From Oceanispirochaeta sp. (GTDB lineage: Bacteria; Spirochaetota; Spirochaetia; DSM-2461), in NCBI GenBank assembly GCA_963663385.2, contig CAXXXD010000004.1:160001-224000 (forward strand): 64,000 nt of DNA, read 5' to 3'. Within the stretch, counting starts at the first letter, position 1, and each line of letters opens with the position of its first letter. The notes beneath the pieces were generated by a model. It did not search any database. It worked only from the letters and a program-made list of their open reading frames with translations, and had not been told where the DNA came from. Below, one piece after another: positions 47,408-56,992 of this stretch. The position numbers and the translations under genes were made by a program.

Positions 47408-48514
47408 ATGAAACAATTTTCGGCTTTTATAAGAAAGGAATTTCACCATATCTTCCGGGATACCTGGACTATGGTTATTCTCCTGCTTTTGCCTATTCTG
47501 ATGCTGATCCTTTTTGGCTATGCCCTTTCCACAGAGGTCAGGAATGTCCACATGGCTGTTTATGACCCTTCCAAAGATGTTTTGACAGAAGAGATCATCC
47601 GCAAGCTGGAATCCAGTGAGTATTTCACCATCAGCCGGATGATGAGCTCCCCTTTTCAGATGGAAGATCCCTTTCTGTCGGGAGAGGCGGGGATGGTAAC
47701 AGTCTTCAGTGAGAAATTTTATGAAAACTGTATGAAAACCGGGGAGGCTGAAGTTCAGCTGCTCACAGACGGAACGGATCCCAATACGGCTGTAACAGTT
47801 ACAAACTATGCTTCCAGTATTATCCGGTCCGTGACAGGGAGTTTCCTTCCGCCGGATCCGGGCCGGGTAAGAATCAATATTATTAACAGGTTGATCTATA
47901 ATCCGGAAATGAAAAGCGCCTATAATTTTGTTCCCGGAGTGATGGGTATGGTTATTATGCTGATCTGTGCCATGATGACATCCATCTCCATTGCCCGGGA
48001 GAAGGAAACCGGTACGATGGAGATTCTGCTGGCGTCTCCCATGAAGCCGCTGCTGATTATCCTTTCAAAGGCAGTCCCCTATTTCTTCCTTTCCTGTGTC
48101 AATCTGCTGACCATTCTCCTTTTTTCTGTTTTTCTGCTGAAAGTTCCCATTGCGGGAAGCATTCCGGCCCTGCTGACGGTATCCCTGGTTTATATCTTCG
48201 TATCCCTTTCCATCGGGCTGTTGATATCCTCCGTTACTTCATCCCAGCTGGTGGCACTGCTGCTCTCGGGGATGGCATTGATGATGCCGGCCATTTACTT
48301 TTCGGGGATGCTCTTTCCCATTGAGAATATGCCCCGGGGGCTTCAGTATCTTTCACAGATAATACCCGCCAGATGGTACATTGCCGCAGCCAGGAATATC
48401 ATGATCAAGGGGCTCGGGTTTTCATCCATTCTGAAAGAGCTGGCAATCCTCTCGGCTATGGCTCTTGTTCTGATTGCCATCAGTCTAAAAAAGTTCAAAC
48501 TGAGGCTGGAGTAG
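47408..48514 (+). CDS. ABC-2 permease (YbhS-like)
   Basis: KEFHHIFRD, YNP, VPG, REKETGTME.L. Confidence 0.92.
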   Translation: MKQFSAFIRKEFHHIFRDTWTMVILLLLPILMLILFGYALSTEVRNVHMAVYDPSKDVLTEEIIRKLESSEYFTISRMMSSPFQMEDPFLSGEAGMVTVFSEKFYENCMKTGEAEVQLLTDGTDPNTAVTVTNYASSIIRSVTGSFLPPDPGRVRINIINRLIYNPEMKSAYNFVPGVMGMVIMLICAMMTSISIAREKETGTMEILLASPMKPLLIILSKAVPYFFLSCVNLLTILLFSVFLLKVPIAGSIPALLTVSLVYIFVSLSIGLLISSVTSSQLVALLLSGMALMMPAIYFSGMLFPIENMPRGLQYLSQIIPARWYIAAARNIMIKGLGFSSILKELAILSAMALVLIAISLKKFKLRLE

Positions 48515-48517
48515 CAT

Positions 48518-49618
48518 ATGCTGAAATACCTTATAGAGAAAGAGTTTAAACAGATCCGGCGGAATCCTTTTCTGCCGCGGCTTGTTGTTATGTTTCCCCT
48601 TGTAGTTATGATTCTGATCCCTATGGTTGCCAGTTATGAAGTGAAGAATATTAATCTGGCGGTTATTGACAATGACCGGAGCACCCTGTCCGTCAGGCTG
48701 ATTCACAAAATCACATCTTCCGGTTATTTTATCCTTGCGGATTTCTCCGACAGCTATGAGGACTCTCTGCTCTCTCTTGAGCAGGATAGATCGGATATTA
48801 TTCTGGAAATCCCCCCGGATTTTGAATTGAACCTCAGCAGGGAGAAGACGGGAGATCTTTCTGTTTCAGCCAATGCGGTCAATGCTGTAAAGGGCGGTCT
48901 GGGTTCGGCCTATCTTGCCGCGATCATTCAGGATTTTTTTGCCGACCTTAACCCTCAATCCTCCGGGAACCGGCCGGGGAGTGTGGAGATTATCCCTCAG
49001 TACAGGTATAACCCCTACCTGAGGTACCCGGTTTTCATAGTCCCTGCCCTGATGGTTATGCTCCTGATAATGATCTGCGGTTTTCTACCGGCTTTGAATA
49101 TAGTCGGTGAGAGGGAAAAGGGGACCCTTGAACAGATCAATGTAACGCCTGTAAAGCGTTTCGATCTGATCCTCTCCAAACTGATCCCCTACTGGATCAT
49201 CGGTTTTATTGTGCTGACCATAGGCTTTATAGTGGCCCGCCTTGTTTACTCCCTTGTGCCGGAGGGTTCTCTTTTCACCATATACCTGTTTGCATTTGTC
49301 TTTATTCTGGGTATTTCAGGATTCGGGCTGATTATTTCCAATTATGGAAAAACTTTGCAACAGGCTATGTTTATGATGTTCTTCTTTATAATTACGTTCA
49401 TATTTCTGAGCGGCCTGTATACGCCGGTCAGCAGCATGGCCTCATGGGCGCGTTTCATGAGCCACTTTGTGCCTCTCCGCTATCTGATGGAGGTTTTCCG
49501 CCAGGTTTACCTGAAGGGCAGCCGGTTTCAGGATCTGTATCCCCAGCTGGCTGCCCTGGCCGGCTTCGCCGTGTTCTTTAACAGCTGGGCTGTATTGAGC
49601 TACCGGAAAACCAGTTAG
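48518..49618 (+). CDS. ABC-2 permease (YbhR-like)
   Basis: KEFKQIRR, YNP, EREKGTLEQINVTP, LSGLYTP. Confidence 0.92.
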   Translation: MLKYLIEKEFKQIRRNPFLPRLVVMFPLVVMILIPMVASYEVKNINLAVIDNDRSTLSVRLIHKITSSGYFILADFSDSYEDSLLSLEQDRSDIILEIPPDFELNLSREKTGDLSVSANAVNAVKGGLGSAYLAAIIQDFFADLNPQSSGNRPGSVEIIPQYRYNPYLRYPVFIVPALMVMLLIMICGFLPALNIVGEREKGTLEQINVTPVKRFDLILSKLIPYWIIGFIVLTIGFIVARLVYSLVPEGSLFTIYLFAFVFILGISGFGLIISNYGKTLQQAMFMMFFFIITFIFLSGLYTPVSSMASWARFMSHFVPLRYLMEVFRQVYLKGSRFQDLYPQLAALAGFAVFFNSWAVLSYRKTS

Positions 49619-49625
49619 CCCTTCT

Positions 49626-51776
49626 TCAGGAATCCCCGACTTCATCCGCAGGAAGAGCCCGGGCGGCAATTTTAAAGGCCGCAATAATCAGAGCCGTCAG
49701 GGCTGCGGCAATAGATATATAAAGGGGATTGTGTCCCTCAGCAATCTGGTAAAAGAGGGTGGATACAATCCAGGCTATCAAAGTCAGATACAGGGCCTGG
49801 AGCAGACCGAAACGAACATTGATCTCTTTCATGGACGTTCCTATGGCCGCCACGCAGGGCATATACAGAAGGATGAAAAGCAGGTAGGCATAAGCTGCCG
49901 CCGGTGTGAATCTTGACTTCAGGATTAACAGACCGGTGGATGATCCCGCGGAAGAGGCAATATTTCCCAGCTGGCTGTAGATGGCATTCAGAGTTCCCAC
50001 CACAGACTCTTTGGCAAATACTCCCGTAAAGAGTCCGACTGTAGCAGGCCAGTTGTCATCTGTTATACCTATGGAAGAGAACAGGGGGGTAAGAAAACGG
50101 CCGAGAGAGGCCAGCAGAGAGCCCGTAACATTTTCCGGATTGAATCCCCCGCTCAGGCTCAGGGAAGAGAACAGGGACATAATAAAAACGGCAATGATAA
50201 TAACCTCGCCGGCCCGTCTGATAAAGTCTTTGACTCTGGCCCAGGTATGAAGCAGAATATGCTTGGCCCGGGGAACATGGTATCGGGGCAGCTCCATAAT
50301 CAGATGGGAAGGTTCTCCCCTGAAGAGGGTCACTTTTATCAGAAGACCTGACAGAACCGCAACAAGGATCCCTGTCATATACAGGGAAAATACTACCAAT
50401 CCGGTTTTTTCGGGGAAAAAGGCTGCCGCAAAGAGGGCGTAGACCGGAAGCCTGGCTCCGCAGGACATCATGGGGACCATAAAGATTGTAATCATTCGGT
50501 CCCGCTTGTTATCAAGGGTTCTGGTGGCCAGAATAGCCGGCACGGTACAGCCGAAACCCACTATCATGGGAACAAAGGCTTTACCGGGGAGGCCGAGTTT
50601 TCCCATAAAGCTGTCCATAACAAAAGCTGCTCTGGCCATATAGCCGGAGTCTTCCAGCAGCGAAAGCATAAGGAACATAAAGAATACGAAGGGTATAAAG
50701 GATATTACCATCTGTATACCGGCTCCTATGCCGTCCGCTGCAAAGAATGAGATAATTTCCGGCGCTCCGATTGTCTCCAGGAGCGATCCCAATCCGTCTA
50801 CAAACACCATCCCGGCCAGATGATCAAACCAGCCGACAAAATAATTCCCGATTTCAATCGTGACAAAGAATACGAGCATCATTATTCCGAAGAATATGGG
50901 AATGCCGAAGAAGGGGTGCATTACAACAGAATCCACCATATCGTTGATAGATTTTACCTGTCTGATCCGCTTAACAACTTCCCGGCTGATGCCGTTTACC
51001 GCGCCGTAGACATAATCGGCTATAATCATATCGGGTGTTTCATTCAGGATATGTTTTATATGATCCAGCTCCGAAGAAATTTCGTCTTTGCTCAGGAGCC
51101 CTTCACCTGTTACGGCAGAACTGATCCAGGGATCCTCCTCAATCAGCCGGAGAGTCATCCATCGGGAATCAATATTGAGCTGTGCCGCTTTATCTTCAAG
51201 TATGGCCTGCCAGTTTTTTACCAGATCTTCTATTTCGTTGGGATATTTCAGGTCAGCCGACGAACAGGGCTGGAGCTCGGAGTTCTTCTCCAGAAAATCC
51301 TTCATCCGGGGGATGTCACCCTGGCTGACGGCGCTTACTCCTAATACAGGACATTTAAGATGAGCCGACAGGTGTTCGATATCAATCTGGTAGCCGCTGC
51401 TTTCGGCCAGATCCATCATATTCAATACGACAACGACGGGGACTCTCATTTCAATCAACTGGGCTGTCAGATACATATTTCTGGACAGATTTGTTGCGTC
51501 TAGGATATTTACTACAAGATCCGCTTTGCCGCTCAGTATATAATCTCTGGATACCCTCTCATCTTCCGTATTGGGTGAAAGGGAGTAAATCCCGGGAAGA
51601 TCTACGATATTATAGTTTTTATTATTGTATACGTATCGGCCTTCCACCCTTTCCACGGTAACGCCCGGCCAATTTCCAATCTGCTGCTTTGCTCCGGTCA
51701 GAGCATTAAACAGAGAGCTTTTACCGCAGTTCGGATTGCCGGTAAATGCAAGAGTTAAATCATTTTTGTGTGACAT
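49626..51776 (-). CDS. feoB: Ferrous iron transporter FeoB (copy 1)
   Basis: GNPNCGKS, NWPGVTVE, DLPG.YSL, NMMD, LEDSGYMARAA, GFGC, SCGARLPVY, YMPC. Confidence 0.96.
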   Translation of the reverse strand: MSHKNDLTLAFTGNPNCGKSSLFNALTGAKQQIGNWPGVTVERVEGRYVYNNKNYNIVDLPGIYSLSPNTEDERVSRDYILSGKADLVVNILDATNLSRNMYLTAQLIEMRVPVVVVLNMMDLAESSGYQIDIEHLSAHLKCPVLGVSAVSQGDIPRMKDFLEKNSELQPCSSADLKYPNEIEDLVKNWQAILEDKAAQLNIDSRWMTLRLIEEDPWISSAVTGEGLLSKDEISSELDHIKHILNETPDMIIADYVYGAVNGISREVVKRIRQVKSINDMVDSVVMHPFFGIPIFFGIMMLVFFVTIEIGNYFVGWFDHLAGMVFVDGLGSLLETIGAPEIISFFAADGIGAGIQMVISFIPFVFFMFLMLSLLEDSGYMARAAFVMDSFMGKLGLPGKAFVPMIVGFGCTVPAILATRTLDNKRDRMITIFMVPMMSCGARLPVYALFAAAFFPEKTGLVVFSLYMTGILVAVLSGLLIKVTLFRGEPSHLIMELPRYHVPRAKHILLHTWARVKDFIRRAGEVIIIAVFIMSLFSSLSLSGGFNPENVTGSLLASLGRFLTPLFSSIGITDDNWPATVGLFTGVFAKESVVGTLNAIYSQLGNIASSAGSSTGLLILKSRFTPAAAYAYLLFILLYMPCVAAIGTSMKEINVRFGLLQALYLTLIAWIVSTLFYQIAEGHNPLYISIAAALTALIIAAFKIAARALPADEVGDS

Positions 51777-51981
51777 TGATATGTTTTGCCATCCCTCGTC
51801 CGATCATTATCTGGGATCCCTGAACAGACAGAACCATAGGGCCCATCCTGTTGGCACGTACCACGGTTATTTCTGATCCCGGTATCATTCCAAGGTTGAC
51901 AAGCTTCTGTCTGAGATGACGTCCTCCGTGTATGGATTCTACAATGGCTGCTTTTCCTGGTTCCAATTCAGACAAGCTCAC
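51760..51981 (-). CDS. feoA: FeoA family protein
   Basis: 73-aa SH3-like, L..LGMIPG.EI.V...GP; overlaps the feoB start. Confidence 0.9.
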   Translation of the reverse strand: MSLSELEPGKAAIVESIHGGRHLRQKLVNLGMIPGSEITVVRANRMGPMVLSVQGSQIMIGRGMAKHINVTQK

Positions 51982-52031
51982 ACTTACCTCCCCCGGATAG
52001 TATTTTTTTTAAATTTTATCGGTAACAATAT

Positions 52032-52075
52032 TTTAGTCTAAGTTAACAATCCCTTGTGAATTAGTCAATTCTAAC
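52032..52075. promoter_or_regulatory. Tandem DtxR/MntR-type boxes upstream of feoA-feoB1
   Basis: TTAG-TCAATT-CTAAC (52061-52075) and TTAG-TCTAAG-TTAAC (52033-52047). Confidence 0.6.
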
Positions 52076-52183
52076 AAGTCTCGTCCCATCTATTATTTTC
52101 GAATAATCAGCATAGCCGGTTCCGACTAATCAGTTCCTGAGGACTGTACCGGTCAGAGTATGAAAAATCGGAAAACAGAATGA

Positions 52184-52219
52184 CAAAAAAAAATCCTGTC
52201 AGCCAGGGGGCCGACAGGA
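52184..52219 (-). terminator. Intrinsic terminator after the feoB2 operon
   Basis: Minus strand TCCTGTCGGCC-loop-GGCTGACAGGA followed by a long T-run. Confidence 0.8.
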
Positions 52220-52257
52220 ACCTTTTCATTCAAATACAGAAATTCCGGTAGATTGAA

Positions 52258-52425
52258 TCAGGTGGTATGACTTTTTTCTACAGATGCATCGCAGCTTCCC
52301 GCCATGGGGCAGGAGCTGCAACCGGAACAGGGTACCCCCTTTTTTTTATCCCGGATGATTTTCCAGACCGCTCCGCCAATCAGCACGGCAACTGTCAACA
52401 GAATAATAATATCTGTTCCTTTCAT
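52258..52425 (-). CDS. FeoB-associated Cys-rich membrane protein
   Basis: 55 aa from ATG 52425: one TM then CSGCSSCPMAGSC; 2 bp after the feoB2 stop. Confidence 0.88.
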   Translation of the reverse strand: MKGTDIIILLTVAVLIGGAVWKIIRDKKKGVPCSGCSSCPMAGSCDASVEKSHTT

Positions 52426-52427
52426 AA

Positions 52428-54431
52428 TCAAACCGCCTTTAGAGGTCCGGTTGCAGCCTTTCTTCCGCCGGTTACAGCAAGGAAGAAAATTATCCCGGCT
52501 ATAGCGGCAACTCCGATCAGGCCTCCCAGGAACCCGGCTCCAAAAAATCCTGTTGTCAGCAGGGTTCCCAGCTGGTACACCAGGTAGGCAATAACGTATC
52601 CGGTTCCCAGCTGGAATCCGATGGCTCCCCATATCCACTTTCTGGATTCCATTTCAGAGTTCATGGCACCGATCGCGGCAAAACAGGGGGGGGTAAAGAG
52701 ATTGAATACCAGGTAGGAGAGGGCCGCTACAGCGCCAATCCCGAATACGGACATTACTTCGGAGCTTCCCGATACCAGAGCCAGCTCTTCCACATCAATG
52801 AAGTTCGTGATGGAGAAGGTTACAGCCAGGGTCCCGACCACATTCTCCTTGGCAATAAAGCCGGTAATAGCTGCGGCGGCAAACTGCCATATCCCGAATC
52901 CCAGAGGAATAAACAGCCAGGCAAGGGGGGAGGCCATTGATGCAAGGATGCTGGTTTCGGGCATGGATTCTGCCACAACCTGAAACTGCCAGTTGAAGGT
53001 TTGAAGAAGCTGTACGACGGCATTACAAACCAGAATGATGGTTCCGGCCTTGATGATAAACGCTTTGGCCCGGCTTATCATGGAAATGGCGGCTCTCTTG
53101 AAACTGGGGAAGCGGTACTCGGGGAGTTCCATTAAAAAATAGGATTTTGAGTTATCCCCTGTAATCTTCCGTATGATCAGACCACTGAGGATAATCATGG
53201 CGATGGCCAGGAAGTACATGGATGTTCCCACCCAGGCATTATCATCGAAGAATACTCCCGCAAAGAGGGCAATAATGGGCAGTTTGGCGCCGCATGGCAT
53301 AAAGGGCGCCAGCATGGCAGTTGTTCGTCTCTGCCTCTCGTTTTTAATGGTTCGAGTAGCCATAATGCCGGGGATGGCACAACCTGTACTGACAATCATG
53401 GGGATGATGGATTTCCCTGAAAGGCCGATTTTCTTGAAGAACCTGTCCATAATAACAGCAACCCGGGCCATATAGCCGGAATCTTCCAGAAGGGCCAGCA
53501 TAAAAAACAGTACCATAATCAGGGGCAGGAATCCAACTACGGCACCAACCCCGCCGATAATACCGTCCAGCAGCAGTGAGCTTAGTACCGGGTTCGCATT
53601 CTCTCCTATGGCTCCTTCTGCCAGGCCGTAGAATCCGTCAATCCAGCCGACAAAAAGATCGGCCAGCCAGGGGCCGACCCATGACTGGGAGATGGAGAAA
53701 ACAAGCCAGATCACAACCGCAAAGATGGGGAGCCCCAGCCATTTGTGAGCAATAATCCGGTCTGCCCTGTCCTGCAGGGTCTGAGTAGAGGACTCAATCT
53801 TTCTTCTCTCTACCTGATCGACAATGCTGCCGACAAAATCAAAACGTTTTTTATCATAGGCTTCCGACTCTTCTTTCGTTGAAGCATCTTTGATACCCCG
53901 GATGCGGGGAGCCGCCTGTTTTCTGCTTTCTTCCTTTACATGGATAACCGCATCAATCAGATCCGACAGGCCGTTAGCGCTGTCTCTGGTTGCTACTGTT
54001 TCAATGACGGGGCACTTCAGGGTTTCGCTTAGAAGCTGGTTGTCGATGATGATATTTTTTTTTGCGTTTACATCACTTTTATTCAGAGCCACAACTACAG
54101 GGATTCCCATTTCAAGCAGCTGTGTCGTAAAAAACAGACTTCTGCTGAGATTGCCCGCATCAACAATATTGACAATTACATCGGGCGACTCGTTTATCAC
54201 AAACTCTCTTGTAATAGATTCTTCACTGGTGTAGGGAGACATGGAGTAAGCCCCGGGCAGATCGACGACTGTTATTTTCTGCCGATTGGGATTTAAGGAG
54301 GACTTTACGGATCCTTCTTTTTTTTCTACGGTTACGCCGGGCCAGTTGCCCACATGTTCAATTTTTCCGGTAATGGCATTGAACAGTGTTGTCTTTCCAC
54401 TGTTGGGGTTACCGGTTAAGGCAATTTTCAT
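52428..54431 (-). CDS. feoB: Ferrous iron transporter FeoB (copy 2)
   Basis: GNPNSGKTT, DLPGAYS, NKSD, LEDSGYMARVA, PCGAKLP, FTPPCFAA; AGGAG RBS. Confidence 0.96.
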   Translation of the reverse strand: MKIALTGNPNSGKTTLFNAITGKIEHVGNWPGVTVEKKEGSVKSSLNPNRQKITVVDLPGAYSMSPYTSEESITREFVINESPDVIVNIVDAGNLSRSLFFTTQLLEMGIPVVVALNKSDVNAKKNIIIDNQLLSETLKCPVIETVATRDSANGLSDLIDAVIHVKEESRKQAAPRIRGIKDASTKEESEAYDKKRFDFVGSIVDQVERRKIESSTQTLQDRADRIIAHKWLGLPIFAVVIWLVFSISQSWVGPWLADLFVGWIDGFYGLAEGAIGENANPVLSSLLLDGIIGGVGAVVGFLPLIMVLFFMLALLEDSGYMARVAVIMDRFFKKIGLSGKSIIPMIVSTGCAIPGIMATRTIKNERQRRTTAMLAPFMPCGAKLPIIALFAGVFFDDNAWVGTSMYFLAIAMIILSGLIIRKITGDNSKSYFLMELPEYRFPSFKRAAISMISRAKAFIIKAGTIILVCNAVVQLLQTFNWQFQVVAESMPETSILASMASPLAWLFIPLGFGIWQFAAAAITGFIAKENVVGTLAVTFSITNFIDVEELALVSGSSEVMSVFGIGAVAALSYLVFNLFTPPCFAAIGAMNSEMESRKWIWGAIGFQLGTGYVIAYLVYQLGTLLTTGFFGAGFLGGLIGVAAIAGIIFFLAVTGGRKAATGPLKAV

Positions 54432-54488
54432 TCTATTCTCCTATGTTTTATTTACGTAACAAAGTTAGACAAAGCTTTCTTTCGGGCT

Positions 54489-54514
54489 AAAAAAACTGAT
54501 CCCTTCGGGATCAG
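54489..54514 (-). terminator. Intrinsic terminator-like hairpin between feoA2 and feoB2
   Basis: Minus strand CTGATCCC-GAA-GGGATCAG followed by T7. Confidence 0.7.
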
Positions 54515-54530
54515 ATAGTACCTGAGCAGC

Positions 54531-54806
54531 TCAGATAGCTTTTGAGCTGTAATTCAGGGAAGAATCAGATTTGGCAGTCTGGATCTCGATCGCTGCCGCA
54601 AGGTCTTCATCTATACTGTAACGGGCGTCCTTTACATTGATAATGTAATTTGAACAGAGCTGTGAGATCAGGGTAATGTCCTCTCCGGGATAGCAGCCCA
54701 GGGTAAAGAGAAACTCGCGCATTCCTTCCTCGTTCGCATTGATCGTGGTGATGTTATATTTCCGGTTAATAGCGCCTTCTTTCAGCATCATGATTTTTGC
54801 CTCCAT
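54531..54806 (-). CDS. feoA: FeoA family protein
   Basis: FLFTLGCYPGE.IT.I....YIINVKDARYSID..LA.AI. Confidence 0.88.
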   Translation of the reverse strand: MEAKIMMLKEGAINRKYNITTINANEEGMREFLFTLGCYPGEDITLISQLCSNYIINVKDARYSIDEDLAAAIEIQTAKSDSSLNYSSKAI

Positions 54807-54867
54807 GATATATCTGTCTTTTTCAGCTTATAAATTAGTTTATCAAGGTTAACTTCCTCTGTCAATA

Positions 54868-54883
54868 GTTAGCTGTGTCTAAC
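54868..54883. promoter_or_regulatory. DtxR/MntR-type box upstream of feoA2
   Basis: GTTAG-CTGTGT-CTAAC; weaker copy at 54838-54853. Confidence 0.6.
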
Positions 54884-54942
54884 ATTGAATGGAACTGCTT
54901 TTTGTGTGAGAGTAGTGTAATTTAAAGGTTTTTTTTGATGGG

Positions 54943-55309
54943 TTATCCTCCGATCCAGCTTATCAGAGGAAGATATTCCCCGGTTGGAATTCCATAGAAA
55001 ACCGGCAGCACCGCTCCCGTCAAAGCTGCTGTCGGAGAAATAATGGAAACTGATCCACAGGACAGTCCATGATAGAGGATCCCCACGCCTATGGCCCCCG
55101 ATATCCCGGCGGCCATTCCCCATATGAGATCCCGGAGAGCGACTGATGGGGCTCCCAGCAGGGGGGGAGGCGATCAATGCTATCAACAGTCCCATCCCCT
55201 GAGACCAGACTGCAACCGTAATGGCAGAATTCTTCCGTGAAGCCAAAACGCCGTAAAAATCGGCGGCTCCGTATGTTAAAGCCGAGAGTGAAGAGAAAAG
55301 TATAACCAT
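54943..55309 (-). pseudogene. EamA/DMT-family transporter remnant, frameshifted and truncated
   Basis: SALTYGAADFYG..ASRK N-terminus; removing one base from the G7 run at 55161-55167 restores DLIWGMAAG..GAIG..LYHGLS.G.VSIISPTAA...LPV..G..GE, which stops at TAA 54943 after only one EamA repeat. Confidence 0.8.
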
Positions 55310-55503
55310 ACAGGGACTGTACCGTTTCCTGTTATATTGGGGAATCTCATGTTCTTTTCAGTCTGATCACTGAATAACGAATTGATGGTTCTCCGGGGGT
55401 GTTAATAGATTTTTAAACAGGAGAAATCAGGAAGAAGATGTCCTTAATAATTAAAATGCGGAGTATTGAATAATCCCGGTGGTTGAAGCTAAGATCCATC
55501 CAG

Positions 55504-56292
55504 ATGCAGAAAAAAACTGTTAATCACAAAGTTCTTTATATTGTCTCCTCCCACAATCAGGTTCTGGAAGCCTGGGAAGCTGCGCCCGGTCTGAACGTTT
55601 TCTCTCTGGATTACCATACCGATACAAGGGGCGCCTTTCAGAACTACTCCTACTGGAGAGCGGACAGTGAAGTAAAAGCCGGGAAGTGCGGTGATCAGGA
55701 TAAGAGAACCGGTGAATTGAAGGTTGAAAAGATCCGGCAGTACCTGGATGGCCGGGTAAGCATTGATCGGATTAATGATAATCTGAGGCATGATGAACAT
55801 ATCGATTTTGCGGTTCGCACCAATCTGATTGATACGGCTTTTATCCTGTCTGCAAACAGGAATGAGTCAAGTTCCAATCCCAATGTCTTTATTGTAAATA
55901 GTGATGAGACCTATCAGAATCAGAGGATAATCGAGTACTCTCCCTTATGTGTTCCGGACTGCCGGAAAAGCATTCATGACGGGGCGTGTAAGACCCTGAG
56001 GGCCGACAGTGCAATTGAGGACTCTTTTCTGGCAGAGGCTGTCTACAGAGCCAGCTCTTTCAAGAGTAATTTTTTTGATAATTATATTCTGGATATTGAC
56101 TGTGATTACTTTAATACAGACCAGAGCCTTTTTCCCGGGCATATGGATGTGTTTCTGCGTCTGATCCGGGAAGCCAGTTTTTTGACGATTGCCCTGGAGC
56201 CGGAATGCGTTAAAATCTGCCGTCAGGACGACTGCGGGCTGACCAGTGATACGATACTGCAGAGGCTTATTGAAATTATTGAAAAGGGGTAG
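55504..56292 (+). CDS. UPF0489-like protein (arginase/deacetylase-like fold)
   Basis: HNQVL..W, LDYHTD, LDIDCDYF, TIALEP motifs; start at ATG 55504 or TTG 55483. Confidence 0.65.
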   Translation: MQKKTVNHKVLYIVSSHNQVLEAWEAAPGLNVFSLDYHTDTRGAFQNYSYWRADSEVKAGKCGDQDKRTGELKVEKIRQYLDGRVSIDRINDNLRHDEHIDFAVRTNLIDTAFILSANRNESSSNPNVFIVNSDETYQNQRIIEYSPLCVPDCRKSIHDGACKTLRADSAIEDSFLAEAVYRASSFKSNFFDNYILDIDCDYFNTDQSLFPGHMDVFLRLIREASFLTIALEPECVKICRQDDCGLTSDTILQRLIEIIEKG

Positions 56293-56398
56293 ACCGTTTT
56301 TGCCCATTACCAGGTAAAGATCAGGAATTGCTCTACCCGGTACCGGTTGTCAAACCTCCGGACGGTAACGGTTTATCTCTCTCCCCTGAATTCGGTCC

Positions 56399-56815
56399 TC
56401 AGCCTTTGAAATCCGTCAGATACGATTTTATCTCATCCCTTACCCGTCTGAAAGGTTCCAGCTTCTTCTCTTCATCCTCAATGCCCTTAGCCAGTCCGGG
56501 GGGGTCATCGAACCCTTTGTGTATTCTGGTTGTCTTCCCCGGGAAATAGGGGCAGTTCTCTTCGGCATGGCCGCAGACTGTAACGACATAGTCAAAGGTT
56601 ATATCGGAAAGAGCGCTGACCAGCTTGCTTTTATGCATGGAAATATCTATGCCGGCCTCTTTCATTACCCGCACCGCATCGGGGTTCAGCCCATGAGTTT
56701 CAATACCGGCGGAATAAACATTGTATTCATCCCCGTGAAGATGCCGCATCCATCCTTCTGCCATCTGACTACGGCAGGAATTCCCTGTACAGAGAAACAG
56801 TATATTCTTTTTCAC
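56399..56815 (-). CDS. arsC: Thioredoxin-type arsenate reductase (LMW-PTP fold)
   Basis: CTGNSCRSQMAEG, TVC..A..NCP.FP, FDDP; GTG start with AAGGAGG RBS. Confidence 0.9.
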   Translation of the reverse strand: MKKNILFLCTGNSCRSQMAEGWMRHLHGDEYNVYSAGIETHGLNPDAVRVMKEAGIDISMHKSKLVSALSDITFDYVVTVCGHAEENCPYFPGKTTRIHKGFDDPPGLAKGIEDEEKKLEPFRRVRDEIKSYLTDFKG

Positions 56816-56992
56816 CCGGGAACCTCCTTAAATAATATATATAAACTGTTAATTATGATGATTATAGTCATAAATGTTAAAATTGTGTGAAATTCAGAAA
56901 ATCAGTACTGAATTTCCATTTAGGATGAAAAACTTTGGAATTTCCATTATTGTATCATCTTAATACATATGATCTGTTTTTCCGGGAGTTCT

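Noticed and set aside
56853..56949. Short palindromes and repeats between arsC and the MFS gene (TTATGA-N9-TCATAA; GAAATTCAG-N10-CTGAATTTC)
   Set aside because: AT-rich context, no cognate regulator nearby and no second copy seen; could be chance
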